Assembly (NCBI GenBank): GCA_951406725.2
Contig: OX597819.1
Span: 24,428,001-24,492,000, forward strand
Length of the DNA stretch: 64,000 nucleotides
Direction of reading: 5' to 3'
From: Octopus vulgaris
Taxonomy: Eukaryota
Positions 1-13,198 of this stretch are shown piece by piece (position 1 is the stretch's first letter; every line of letters begins with the position of its first letter). A program made the translations under genes and the position numbers. The notes below the pieces were generated by a model. It did not search any database and had not been told where the DNA came from. It was given only the letters and a program-made list of their open reading frames with translations.

Positions 1-435
1 GTTTGCCTGGAGTGTCGATTGGTTGATTGATTAGTTCATTGGCTGTATATTGATTAGTTGATTGACTGTGTGTTTTGTTGGCTGTCTGGTTGGTTGGTTG
101 GTTGATTGGTTGATTGGTTGTCTGGCTGATTGATTGGTTGGTTGGCTGTATGATTGGCTTGGTCAGAGTCTGGTTAGTTAGTTTGTTGTTAGATTAGTTG
201 ATCGATTGGTTTGTTATTTGCTTTGCTGGTTGATTGATCGGTTTTCTGGTTGGTCCTCTGGCTGGTTGGCTGGTTGCTTAGTTGGTTGTCTGGTTAGTAG
301 GTTTTATTTTTTGTTTGTTTGTTTGTTGGTTGGTTCTTTTGTTCGTTGGTCAGTCGATTCGTTGGTTTGTTGGTTAGCTAGCAATAGTAGTTAGGTTCTT
401 AATTGATCAAGTTGGCTGATTGCTTGCTTGGTTGT
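1..435. repeat. Degenerate (GTTG/GATT/GGCT)n low-complexity tract
   Basis: Imperfect tetramer repeats (ttggttggttgg, gattgattgg). Confidence 0.85.
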
Positions 436-554
436 CAGTGTAAGCGATGATCTTAAATACTGTGAACGATTGATTACAGCTGGTCATCCTTGACCGCAAT
501 AACAAGCAAAATCCACCAGACTTATTTATTTACATGAGGTCAACTCATCCAACA

Positions 555-850
555 CACTCCAAACTCTGATACACGGGCATTTTTCCATTTTTACCGCTAT
601 TACAGTGACCTCTACCCCTCAGGACTGCCTTATTTGATGCCACTTTTACTCAAGCCCATCCGACGCACTCGTTACCTCTCCTCTCGTCATTCCTACTGTT
701 TCCACTCCACTGGTCCCACAAAGACAACTCTGTTACAATCTTTGATCACCAGAACCTAATTATTCCCTCCGGAATTTCCATTCTGAGTATCTCCTTCCTA
801 CATTCTTCGACTCGCATTTGTTCAAAGACAACATTAAGCGCATGAGACCC
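555..850 (+). pseudogene. Decayed 3' end of a CR1/L2/Jockey-group LINE ORF2
   Basis: Manual translation FYRYYSDLYPSGLPYLMPLLLKPIRRTRYLSSRHSY, then frameshifted LRNFHSEYLLPTFFDSHLFKDNIKR; resembles the FYRY..R.TR..H..WN.LP..FK C-terminal pattern. Confidence 0.55.
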
Positions 851-1362
851 ACTCCTTTCAGAAAGCCTGAAAATGCTTTGGGTATAGTCTCTTGCTTCAG
901 AGCAAACTATTATTACTGGAAAAATGGAATGGTTGAGTAGTTAAAATGCTCACTTCGAAATAATGAAATCCTATATTAGATTTTTCTGTACACACATTGG
1001 GCATATCTCATTTAGCATATTGCCTTAGGTTGAGCGAAGCTTTGTGAATAAAAGTCATAAACTGTGATGAATCCAGCATTCGTAATCTCAAGGGCCGGTC
1101 ATGTCACACACTGTGTCACACTGATTTTGTGTGGGAATTAGCATAAGCCAACGCATATCTGTGGAATACACAGCCACTAGGTCGATAATACAAGGACTAA
1201 GCATTTGAGTGGAAGGCACAAATGGAATATGCATTGTCGAAGTAGACGAATAATTCATTTTCTTACTTGCTCGCCTAGTTCGAAATAACTGCGAAATCTC
1301 CATCAAATCACAACGGGTTCTCTTGAAAAAGGAAGGACACGTTACACAGTGTAGCCGTGGCT

Positions 1363-1640
1363 TGGCTCTCCTTCGGTTACGACGACCTGTATTCCAGTTG
1401 ATTCGATCTACTGAAAAGCCTGCTTGTAAAATCAACGTGCGAGTGGCTGAGCACTCAACGAACACGCGCACCCTTAATACAGTTCTCAGGGACATTCAGC
1501 GAGGCACAAAAGCTGGCCCTTTGAATTACAGGTACAACAAATTGTTTTCCAGATGAATGAACTAGAGTAACGAGAAATAAAGTGATTCGCTCAAGGACGC
1601 AACGCGCCGCCGGGAATCGGACCTACCGTAAGCCAAATGC
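1363..1640 (-). mobile_element. Degenerate SINE with CORE-like segment and family-A 3' body
   Basis: Reverse complement matches 42250-42435 (gctcagccact..gcaggct..gtcgtcgtaaccga). Confidence 0.7.
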
Positions 1641-2108
1641 TCTCGTCACAATTTAAATACTTTTAAGCCACAGGTTTCTTCGATAGTAGTTGATCTGAGC
1701 CCATAGACCATTATTAAGCTTGGAAACAGTACTGATACATATACAGTATAATACATTTATGTATTGGATTACACAGACATGTACAAAATGCGTATAAAAT
1801 ACACACAAAATAGAATTAAAAAAGGACCACGATGGCACGGAGATGAATAGATGCAAATGTGTAATTTCAGAAATTTGTTGATGCATGTTGACACTTCTTA
1901 CAATGCTATCTACAATTTTCAAACAATAAACAAGAAAAGGAACATGATTTTCGTCCTAAGAGACACAGTTGGTAGACATTGTCTGTTGGGTGTGTTGCGC
2001 AGAGGAAACCAAGGACTCTTATTTTTGTAAACAGCGTAAACAATGCCACTGACAGCTGTTGTATATATGTATTATCTCTCTCTCTGTCTCTGCATGCCTG
2101 TTTGTCCT

Positions 2109-2144
<36 letters not shown>

Positions 2145-2263
2145 CCTGTATGTATGCATGTGAGCATGTGTGTGCGTGTGCGTGTTCATATCCACACGCA
2201 CACACGTACACACACATACGTACATTCACATGCATACACACTCGCGCACACATACACACACAG

Positions 2264-2428
2264 AGGCGCAGGAGTCGTTGTGTGATAAGAAGCTTGCTTC
2301 CCAACCACATGGTTTCGGGATCAGTCTCACTGCGTGGCACCTTGGGTAAGTGTCTTTTACTATAACCACGAACCGACCAAAACCTGGTGAGTTGAATTGA
2401 TAAACGGAAACTGAAAGAAGTCCACCAC
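2264..2428 (+). mobile_element. SINE family B, 5' half
   Basis: aggcgcaggagt..gcgtggcaccttgggtaagtgtc..ggaaactgaaagaag as in 61755-61920. Confidence 0.85.
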
Positions 2429-2433
2429 ATACA

Positions 2434-2464
<31 letters not shown>

Positions 2465-2509
2465 CTGTTACATGATGACGCTCGATTGTGTGCATATTCA
2501 GCCCTAGCA

Positions 2510-2858
2510 CTTTCAAATTTTATAAATTGGAAATATTATACTAAAGAGAGAAGTAAAATTTAAATCACTTTAATCTCGAAACGCGTATGTAATTAATCCT
2601 GGTTGTGTTGATTCATTATTTTTCTCTTTGCCTCAGTAAAAAAAGAATGTTACCGTCATGGAGATTCTTATAGTAGCAGAAAAGGAATTTTAACTCCTAT
2701 TTCTTAATTCGGTATGTGGTGAAGCAATTAGCTGAACCCTAATTATAATTATGTGGATAATTTTACCTATAAAGGTTATTTTAACGTACCGATCTACTTG
2801 GTAAAATTATTAATTAATTGATTAATTAATTAATTAATTTAATTAATTAATTTTACCC
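2510..2858 (+). mobile_element. Non-autonomous Penelope-like remnant with HHR motif
   Basis: HHR-like motif at 2537-2591; 3' part homologous to 19517-19735 (minus); ends in aattaattttaccc. Confidence 0.6.
2537..2591 (+). ncRNA. Minimal hammerhead-like motif (core mutated to CTAAAGA)
   Basis: tata-CTAAAGA-gaga..tctc-GAAAC-gc-GTA-tgta. Confidence 0.55.
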
Positions 2859-2927
2859 TACATACAAATATATATATATGTATGTATATATAGATATATG
2901 TACATATATGTATAGTGTATATGTATG

Positions 2928-2962
<35 letters not shown>

Positions 2963-3014
2963 AGTGTATATGTATGTATATATATACATATATATATACA
3001 TATATACATATGTA

Positions 3015-3300
3015 TAGTAGTTAAGGTGTTACACTCAAGATTGCGAGATCGTAGGTTCGATTCCCAGACCGGGGGTTGCGTTGTGTCCTTGAGCAAAGCA
3101 CTTCATTTCACGTTGCTCTGCGATCATTTCACCATCTGACATGAGACACTCATTGTACCTGTACAGGTAATGTCGATCTGATGGAGAGAGTGAGATTATG
3201 TCTACACAAACATTTGATAACTATAAACAAATCATGTATGCGATTATTCGGTAAGAAATTATCGAACCCTCATGCGTCGTCTAACGACGGGAGAGTCCAT
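3015..3300 (+). mobile_element. tRNA-derived SINE with CORE-like segment and RTE-like tail
   Basis: B-box ggttcgattccc, ttgtgtccttgagcaaagcactt, 3' cgtcgtctaacgacgg hairpin. Confidence 0.7.
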
Positions 3301-3434
3301 TATATATATTTATATATATATATATATATTGTTATATTGTTATTTTTCGGGATAGTTATTTTTTTGGCATATAAACACACGCACTATATATTCGCTCTTC
3401 ACTCGTTTATTATTGTCTTTATTTTTTTCTTATG

Positions 3435-3650
3435 TCCAGAATGCACTAGGCGGATCACGAGGATACACGTGGATGGAAAGCATCGCTGAAGAGGTCACAG
3501 GTGTGTAACGAAAGATTTCCAGACAATGGACATGAGATAAAATGAGAACAATAATAGACAAGTGAAACAAAAATATAGAGTGCGTTTGTTTATCTGGCAA
3601 AAAACAAAAAAAGATGACTGTCCCGAAATTTAACAATATTTGCTTCAACA
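3435..3650 (+). mobile_element. Repeat with degenerate HHR core, homologous to 43415-43650
   Basis: CTGAAGA..gtaacGAAA at 3486-3513; shared gtgcgt..tggcaaaaacaaaa..tgac.gtcccgaaat. Confidence 0.55.
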
Positions 3651-3688
3651 CTCGATTTCACATCAAGAATCTTGCAACACCCCCCCCC

Positions 3689-3728
<40 letters not shown>

Positions 3729-5754
3729 TTCATATATCCGAAAAATCAAACAAACACACACACACACTCTAAAACATTAGCGCAGTAATATATTTAGAAG
3801 GTTGTTTGTTATGGCCGGTCGGTCAGAGAGTGGCCATTGCTTTCGCACCTAAAAAGCACTTAGCTGTGACTCGTCAGCCTCAAATGTTTACAGCTAAGCG
3901 CTTTATGGGTGCGAAACCAATGGTCACTATCTGTGTGTACAGATATGCACACACACACACACAACAGGCACCTCGACGTGCACTGACACTCTCACACACA
4001 TATACAAATTAATTAATTAACTCTTAAACAGCAAGAATGTGTTGCATGAATGGGTGTGCCAAATGTGAAAAAGAGAACAAAAAAAATCTCATTTGTATTA
4101 GATAAATTTTTAGACTTATTTTGCACTTTAAATAAGTACAAAAATTATTATAATTGCTAGTCTCTCGTACAATACAATTCACAATCCCTTTATCGAAAAG
4201 TGACCTATCATATTCCTTTTCCTTTTATGAAGGCCGTATCCGTGTAAGATTTTGAAAACATCAATTGAGGATTTTCACTGTTCTCTAAAAAAAATCATCA
4301 GATTATGATGCCCACCGTTTAAGACTTAATTGTTGAACTGGAATTCTTAATAGAGTACGGTTCGTTAATTTTCGGTAAGTACGGGAGACAATTACGGACT
4401 TATTTCTACCCTATTAAACTTCATAAGAAAAATAGTAATTTCACCATACCTGCCAAATCAGTAATCAACTATCCTATATTGTATACATATCATAGAAAAA
4501 TAAACCAATGCTCTTTAAATAAATTATTCTTATACTTTGTTAGCAACAAAATACAATAGTGAAGTTACTGATAAGGGCAAGTATTGTGAAGACTATGCAC
4601 TTCGTTGAAGATGCCTGTTAAACCGAATATATCCGGAAAAATATCGCGTAATTGGTGAAAGAATTAAATTAATATGATGTTAAATATTTAATATAATATT
4701 ACTGAATGACTAATATTAATTTTTTCCTCGTTGCATACTTTTGCTTATTCTTTTGATGCACCTACATAAAATATGATAAAATTAACTTAACTCTTACTGG
4801 TTCTTGACATGCGGATGGCGTCTACGATAATTTATTTTATGAACACATCATGTATAACAGCCTAGAGTTGTTTTGAATGAGTGTATGCACATTTTTGTCT
4901 GTTTTGTATGATTTTGTATCTTGGCTGACATATGAATTATGACAGAATCAACTCGTGATTGTAGTAAATCATATTAAGTCATTTCTGAACCTTCTCTTAC
5001 AAGGATTTTTTTTTATAAATTAGATTATCCGAGAAACTTTTCATTTAATCTGCTAAGCTTCACAATAATTAGAATTATTACAGTGCATTAATTGGTAACA
5101 AATCTAATTATGATGTCCTTTCGTCAATCTTCATAGCACTCCATTAGTCATAAAGATACAAATAAAATAAGCTGTTTCTAGAAAGGAAAAGACATAATTC
5201 ACATATGTAATTTTTCTTCTTTAACAAGATAATTGCCTTTAAAGCAGTGACAAAACATTTTTCCGAAGTCATTGACGCTAAACTTGAAGTGAAAATTCCG
5301 TTCTCTTTATGAAACCTAAATTTTGGCAATTTCCTGCTATCCGGATATTTTGTCAAATAGACGAATAATTCGGGTAAAAACTGTCGATCAGTTATTTAAA
5401 TGCAAACCAGTCAATGTTTAGAGACGTTAGAGTGTCAGACAAAATATTTGTGGTATTTCTTCTACCTCTTAACGTTCTGAGTTCAAATCTGATATGGTCG
5501 ACTTTGTCTTTCTTCCTTTCGGCATTGATAAAGAAAGCACCAGTCGATTGATGGAATAACACTCTCTCCTCATAGAGGTTGTGATAATCTTGATGATCCG
5601 CAGGATCGAAGGCGGAGAGACCAATAGGATTTTTAGGTCTTCAAGACTACATTGGAACCTAAAGGGCTTCATGAAAGCATGGTGAGTGCAATCGAGTCAT
5701 TCTCGATTGCAAGCAACGGTTGCACTTTAAGTTTAGTTACTATCTATTATATTG

Positions 5755-5987
5755 GTTTCAAATTTTGGCACAAAGTCAACAATTTTGGGTGGCAGGGGTG
5801 GGGTGGGGGCGTAAGTCAATCAATCACATAGACTCCAGTGTTCAACTGGTACTTATTCTATCGACCCCGAAAAGATGAAAGACAAAGACGACCTGGGCGG
5901 AAATTGAAATCAGTGAGCTAAGAACGTAAAAACTGAGGAAATGCCGCAGAACATTTTGCCCGAGTGCTAACGATTCTGCCAGCTCGT
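5755..5987 (-). mobile_element. SINE family C
   Basis: Reverse complement of gagctggcagaatcgttagc..gtctttcatcttttcggggtcgatagaataagtaccag; a further degenerate plus-strand copy lies at about 5400-5545. Confidence 0.8.
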
Positions 5988-6394
5988 CTGTTTTCTCATA
6001 TATGGCAATGAGACAAATATTCTCCATTGTCATGAACACGTTTGCTTTGTTCCACAATGTTGCTTGTTGTTGCATATTGAAAGCGTTTTGTTTTGATTGT
6101 TGTTGTTAAGTATTCTAGGTCAGTCTGGAGCAGAACTATACTCAAAGGCATTCCCGCCCCGACCACTTTGTTATTTTATGAGACACAGTTGTATCTAGGA
6201 TTTGATTTTACAATGCGTTTTGGTCTTTATCAATATGGTGGGGCATATTTTGAGTGACGTTTTGCGACTATACCCAACGAATACTTGTTAAATTTCCAAA
6301 TTATATGACTATTTTTCTTCTATCTTGTTGTCATTTAACCCTTGGTGACACCATGTCTAGCCTTTATTTTGTGTTTCACTCAACCACATAATCG

Positions 6395-6399
6395 TACAC

Positions 6400-6479
<80 letters not shown>

Positions 6480-6500
6480 TCTCTCTCTCTCTCTCTCACG
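6395..6500. repeat. (CA)n(CT)n microsatellite
   Basis: Direct inspection. Confidence 0.95.
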
Positions 6501-7279
6501 TACATGCACACATTTACACACACATGCACACTCAAACAGATTCACACATATAAACATACACGCAAACAAAAGAACATGATGGTCTGGTCATGGCAGAAAT
6601 GGTTTTGATTAGAGGTGATCTCGACCAGGTTTGGCCTGGGGCCAACCAACAGCAACAACAACAATATAGATGAGAAGTCGCTTCCCTTTCATTTAGCTAG
6701 AATTTGTGATAACCGAAACGAATTTGATCGAAAAGCTAACCGCATCATGTGAATGTAGTTGTTAACTCATTTCTGGTGTTGGTTATCTTACAGAGTTTCA
6801 AGAAACCAGATATATCAGTAAGCGAAACGAGATATTGTTAAATACATTAGCTGTGTTTCCTTTACAAAAGAAGTCAAGCGTCTAAACCACCAGGTCACGC
6901 TATCAACCCGAAACACTGCCATAATTCGATTTAGACACCTAAACAGTTTGTGAGATTGACTTAATGGAATGTTGTGTATGACAGCATTTCAATTTAAGCT
7001 TTTCTAAGCATTAGACTAACTGTTGAATAAAAGGTTTTCTCAGCTTGTCAAAATTTCCTAGAAACAGCGGTCACTTTATGAAGGTTTAATGGATAGCAAA
7101 TACTTTATGCTTATGAGTTTCGGATAAATATTTCTTTACGTTTGATATTCGATGAAGAAGGAAAACTACGGCAATTGAGAAACAAAGATAAAAGGGTCAA
7201 TCGGTATCTAACAAAATCACCAATTAGGAAGGCGTAGTTTCAAAGCTAAGTATCACAGTTGGTACCAAAGTTAGCGTCG

Positions 7280-7389
7280 TATATATATATATATATATAT
7301 GCATAAATGCATGCAAAGATACACACACACGTACACACACAAGTGCATGTATATATATATCATTATTCACAATATACATATATCTATGG

Positions 7390-7484
<95 letters not shown>

Positions 7485-7653
7485 CATGTATGTATCTATG
7501 TATATAAGTATGTATTTACATGTAAATATATGTATATTCATATATATATGTATGTATATATACCTGTATCTACCTTTCTTACCCTTTCTTTTTCTCTCTT
7601 TATACATACACATACACATACACATACATACATACATATATATATATACTATG

Positions 7654-7710
<57 letters not shown>

Positions 7711-7745
7711 TTATGTATATATGTATACGTATATATATATATATA
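7280..7745. repeat. Compound (TA)n/(CA)n microsatellite field
   Basis: Direct inspection. Confidence 0.9.
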
Positions 7746-7747
7746 GA

Positions 7748-7975
7748 GAGGCGCAATGGCGTAGTGGTTAGGGCAGCGGACTCGCGGTCGCAGGATCGCG
7801 GTTTCGATTCTCAGACCGGGCGTTGTGTGTGTTTATTGAGCGAAAAACACCTAAAAGCTCTACGAGGCTCCGGCAGGGGGTGGTGATCCCTGCTGTACTC
7901 TTTCACCACAATGGCGGTGCCCCAGCATGGCCACAGCTCAAGAGCTGAAACTGGAAAAACAAAAACAAAAAAACA
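7748..7975 (+). mobile_element. Chimeric SINE: family-A tRNA head with family-B-like tail
   Basis: gaggcgcaatggcgtagtggttaggg..tttcaccaca joined to ggcggtgccccagcatggccacagctc..gagctgaaac and an A-rich tail. Confidence 0.8.
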
Positions 7976-8448
7976 AAATATGTATACGTATATACATATA
8001 CATATATATTTATTTAACTCGCATCTCGTACATATAGAATTTAAACGAGTAGAAATTTGATTAAGTACCTAAAACTCCTAAGATTATTGTGGAGACTAAT
8101 GTAGTGTTACGAATGCAGCTCCACCGAATGATTAAGAAGTTTGCTTCGCAAATTACAGTGCCACAGGTTCGATCTCACTCTTAAGAAAATGTCATTTACC
8201 TTTGCTTCGAGTTCAATCAAGCCTCGAAAGTAAAACTGAGACACCGGAAACAACGAAAGGCGTCGTTTCGATTGTATCTGTGATAGAAACGTATAACCTT
8301 GTTTCACTATGAATTGGGGTAGGGTGAGGGTCATATGACCCATGCGGGTCCATAGAAGATTTTATTGTTAAAATTTGTCTGTAATAAATTTGTACTTCTA
8401 CAATTCATAAAATATTTAATCATAAATATTCCCAATAATTCCCAATTA

Positions 8449-8837
8449 TCTCTCTCTATATAAACGGCAGTTTGTCTGTGCGTTTTTCTGTGTGTCTGTT
8501 TTCTCGTACCCTCACTCTGACCACGGCTTTCAACCGATTCTGATGAAACTTGACACACACATAGCTCCAATGTCATAATTCAAAACTAACGCAGCGAAAA
8601 TTTTGAAAAGTTCCCCCAGTTCTGAAAAAAAAATCGATAAATTCGACATGGGGTCGAGAATCAGAAACCCAAACCACAGACCGTCTAGGGGACGCAACTC
8701 CACCTTTTTAACTCTCAAAAAAAAAATTTACCATAATTTTTTTTCCATTTTTTTGCTATTTTTTGGCTATAACTCTCTAAAAATGCTTTATAGTTATTTC
8801 CCTTACAAACCTGAGCAACGCCGGGCGATACTGCTAG
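8449..8837 (+). mobile_element. Non-autonomous Helitron
   Basis: 5' A|TC start, gtctgt-type repeats near 5' end, subterminal hairpin cctgagcaacgccggg, terminal CTAG|T. Confidence 0.75.
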
Positions 8838-8974
8838 TTTTTAACTAAAAGTATAATATGATTTTTAAAAACATCGAATGGCTTATGAGAGTCCCTCCGA
8901 GTAAAACAGGAATCAAAAGGGTCCATAGGTATAAAAAAAAATGGCTCAGAAACACTGCATTATATCATATTACA

Positions 8975-9127
8975 TTATTTATATTTACATTCGACGGATA
9001 CTTGTCCTCATCTTGTTTGTCGTTAACACATTTCAGCTGATATACCCACCAGCCTTCTTCAGGTGTCTTGGGGAAATTTCGAACCTGGGTTCCCATTCCT
9101 AAGGTATTTTTCGGTGTTATTATTATT

Positions 9128-9169
<42 letters not shown>

Positions 9170-9490
9170 CAGTAGCGCGGGCTACTAACCCCAAGATTCC
9201 GAGTTCGATTCCAAGCAGTAACCTGAACACTAATAATAATAATAATAATAATTAATTATTTTTATTTTTTTTAAATAATTAATTCTTTTTATTTTTATTT
9301 TTTTAATAATAATAATAATAATAACAATAATAATAATAACATCGAAAAATACCTTAGGAATGAGAACCCAGGTTCGAAATTTCACCCAAGACACCTAAAG
9401 AAGGCTGGAGGTTATGTCAGCTGAAACGTTGTGTTAACAAACAAGATGAGGACAAATATCCGTTGAATGTAAATAATGTAAATAATGTAC
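8975..9490 (+). mobile_element. tRNA-headed HHR-bearing element with 5' inverted copy
   Basis: 8975-9172 is the reverse complement of about 9223-9480; tRNA-like fragment at 9170-9225; HHR motifs at 9026-9066(-) and 9391-9434(+). Confidence 0.7.
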
Positions 9491-9868
9491 AGAATTCCTC
9501 ATCTCTTAAATAAAGAACTGTTATATCATATTAGTTCTACAAAGGGATTATATTCTTGCTTCATTTGTTGGTTCTGTAGAATCCTCACGCTAATTCAATA
9601 ATCATTTATTAAATTCAGCTGATCGAATAAATGATTCCTCATCATCGAAACCGACGGAAACCCATTTATGGTTTAGTTTTACAATATTATACTGTTATGG
9701 TTGTAGTTGTTATAGGTAACCCTGAGAAAGGACTCAAATTCAGACCAGTAAGTTACTGTTACTGTCATGACTCGGTTAGATAAGACCAGTTTATTTATAT
9801 ACAGCTGGACACTGGTCAATAGGCTGTAAATAAGAATAGTGTTGTTTTATTTCATTAAAAAAATGTTG

Positions 9869-10032
9869 AGGTGCAGACATGGCTGTGTGGTGAAGGGGCT
9901 CACTTCGCAATCTTTTGGTTTCGAGTTCAATCCATCTCAGGGACACTTTGTGCTAGTATGTTCTAGTATAAACCCGGACCGATCAATATTTGCGAGTGAA
10001 GCTGGTAGACGGAAACAATGATAAGCCAGTAG

Positions 10033-10124
<92 letters not shown>

Positions 10125-10340
10125 CATACATGCTTACATGCCTTTGTGCTCGTCCACACACCACTTGAAAACCGGTTTCCGTTTGTGTAAGTTCCGTATC
10201 TAGCAGTTCGACAAAAGAGTCCGTTAAAGTATGTTCCAGTCTTACAGATAAATATGTACTGAGGACGATTTTTCGATTAAGAACTTTTCAAGGCAGTGCT
10301 CCAGGATGGCTACACTTCAATGAGTACAACAAGTAACAAA
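9869..10340 (+). mobile_element. Degenerate SINE family B with internal (TATC)n
   Basis: Head tggctgtgtggt, ggtagacggaaac, tail ggcagtgctccaggatggc. Confidence 0.7.
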
Positions 10341-10734
10341 ATAATTGAATATTCATTAAAGGTATCTAATAAATTTAAATATGGAAACGGTAATCTATTT
10401 TTTCCAAAAAAAAAAAAAGAAAAAAAATTGTAAAAGAAGGAAAATCTATGAAAATTGAAACTATTTCAATATTCTGCAAGATATTAGGTTTTAATTAATA
10501 TGTAGAATCAAAATGAAGTTGTTATGGAGGTAAGCATATTGACTATAGATTGCTGAGAATTAAAGACAATGTTATAGCAATTCTGCTTGTCACTCCGTTA
10601 CTTAGCCCGTCTGTAAACACTTTCACGTGATTAGCTGAAGGGAAGGGCGAAGAGTGAAAGAAAAAGGAGGGAGAAAAAGAGGGTAAAGTGAAAAGTGAGA
10701 GAGAAAATGTATAGAGAATATATAAAGTGTATAT

Positions 10735-11002
10735 ATCACCGTGATCACAATGTGCTTCGCATTGTTTTAGCCTTCAAATGATGCCAGCCTGCTGGCTAAG
10801 CGAGCACGCCAACAGAAGAAAGAGTGAGAGAAAGTTGTGGCGAAAGAGTGCAGCAGGGATCACCACCACCCCCGGCCGGAGCCTCGTGGAGGCATTAGGT
10901 GTTTTCGCTCAATAAACACTTACAAGGCTCGGTCAGGGAATCGAAACCGCGATCCTACAACAGGGAGTCCGTTACCCTAACCACTGGGCCATTGCGTCTC
11001 CA
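10735..11002 (-). mobile_element. SINE family A head with alternative 3' tail
   Basis: Reverse complement ggagacgcaatggcccagtggttaggg..ctttctctcactct then ggctaaaacaatgcgaagcacattgtga. Confidence 0.8.
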
Positions 11003-11015
11003 CATAAAGTATACA

Positions 11016-11085
11016 CTTTACTTTTTACTCTTTTACTCTTTTACTTGTTTCAGTCATTTGACTGCGGCCATGCTGGAGCACACAC

Positions 11086-11117
<32 letters not shown>

Positions 11118-11253
11118 TCGACGGGCTTTTTTCAGTTTCCGTCTGCCAAATCCACTCACATGGCTTTGGTCGGCCCCAGGCTATAGTAGCAGACACTTGC
11201 CCAAAGTGCCACGCAGTGGAACTGAACCCGGAACCACACAGCCACTCCTGCAT
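11016..11253 (-). mobile_element. SINE family B, internally deleted
   Basis: (ctctttta)n tail, gtcatttgactgcggccatgctggagca, (TA)n, head segment. Confidence 0.85.
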
Positions 11254-11254
<1 letters not shown>

Positions 11255-11314
<60 letters not shown>

Positions 11315-11322
11315 ATAGATAA

Positions 11323-11401
<79 letters not shown>

Positions 11402-11402
11402 T
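11255..11402. repeat. (TA)n(GA)n(GATA)n microsatellite
   Basis: Direct inspection. Confidence 0.95.
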
Positions 11403-11897
11403 AAGGTGCATTAAGTAATCATCGTGTTCCGATTTCCTTTATTTTTCAGTGATTAGCAGACAAGCGACAATCATTTGATACAGACACAACACAGGCTACA
11501 CTTTCAGATTTTGGGGATAAAGTTTTCAGAAATAACCCAATAAGTTTATCATTAATTACGTGAAACATTCACGGGTCCTGTTAATGAATGTATCATTATG
11601 ATAAACTAATTATATAAAAAATTTAAAAACAAATATATAACAGAAATTCCCACATCTGTTTGGCATGAAACAATCTCCATTTTCCAAATCCTTTTCCTTT
11701 CTAAGATATTAACATAAACTGTAGCCCCCGAATGATTTAAAGTATTATTAAATACTTTACAAAGCAATTTACGGTGTATTTGTCTCGTTTAATGAAAGAA
11801 TTAAGATGAGATCTGCAGCAAGTGTGTGTGATTTTACATACATACCTACATACATGCTTACCTGCCCACCAACCTACTTATTTATTTAGAATCATGC

Positions 11898-11951
<54 letters not shown>

Positions 11952-12103
11952 CATATATTTGCCTAAATCCTTTTGTGAGTATGTATATGATTGTGAACAT
12001 GTATGCGCGTGTATGCATGTATATGGACCACTTCATTCCTAAGTACGTATATAAACACGTAATCTAAGTGTGTGTGTTTTTGTGTCGTTCCAAAAAGGAA
12101 TTA

Positions 12104-12178
<75 letters not shown>

Positions 12179-12328
12179 GGTAAGATAGCAGACAGACAGA
12201 TAGATATACATACACGCTTACATATATGCTTATGTAGATTCCTGCGTATATCTATCTGTCTGTCTATCTACCTATTTATATGTATGTATCTACACACATA
12301 TATATATACACACGCATACACATACATG

Positions 12329-12419
<91 letters not shown>

Positions 12420-12610
12420 CAATATATAAAAGGGCTTAGTAAAATAAATTACTTTGCCGCATACTGAACTCATTAGAAATAGCAGCTAAAAAACTTTTTC
12501 AAAAACCATTTCTAATACTTAAAGAAAATCTCTCTCATATAGTGTTTGGTCAACTCAACTCACGAAAGTTTGGGGGTAAAGACATCAAAAAATCAAATGC
12601 AAAGGTTAGT

Positions 12611-12662
12611 TGAGAACGTACGTTTCAAGATTAGTCATCACAACACTTCTATCATCAGCTCA
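12611..12662 (-). ncRNA. Minimal hammerhead ribozyme motif (inverted copy)
   Basis: Reverse complement of 13147-13198. Confidence 0.65.
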
Positions 12663-13146
12663 GAAACTCCTTGGTTTGGATTTGAAAACACTGAAAGTGA
12701 GAGCATACTCTTTCGGCCTCTCATCGCTTTCGAAGATCTGCTCGTAACTAACAGTGCCTTAGCTGCTATTTCTAATGAGTTCAGTATGCGGCAAAGTAAT
12801 TTATTTTACTAAGCCCTTTTATATATTGTAATAATTTGAATTCGCCTTAAATGGTCCCTTTGCATACTGAACACTTGGTGAAATTAATTAATAATTAATT
12901 AATTTTACCCTCAATTGTTGAAATTATAATTAATCTCCCTCTAATTAATGCTTCAGATTTTACCGAAATAAGCAGAGTGTTTGTTGATTTTAACCCACGC
13001 TGGTGGAAAGGGGAGAGCAGAAATTCTTCGCTTGCATGTTTGAGTTTGTTGGCACTGTTAGTTACGAGCAGATCTTCGAAAGCGATGAGAGGCCGAAAGA
13101 GTATGCTCTCACTTTCAGTGTTTTCAAATCCAAACCAAGGAGTTTC

Positions 13147-13198
13147 TGAGCTGATGATAGAAGTGTTGTGATGACTAATCTTGAAACGTACGTTCTCA
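13147..13198 (+). ncRNA. Minimal type I hammerhead ribozyme motif
   Basis: tgag-CTGATGA-(helix II)-GAAAC-gtac-GTT-ctca; palindromic loop III; helix II weak. Confidence 0.65.

Noticed and set aside
4578-4680. CTGATAA core with PLE-like tail
   Set aside because: No GAAA partner at a suitable distance
5144-5356. Possible hAT dimerisation-domain remnant (SMTSEKCF)
   Set aside because: Similarity too short to support without a search
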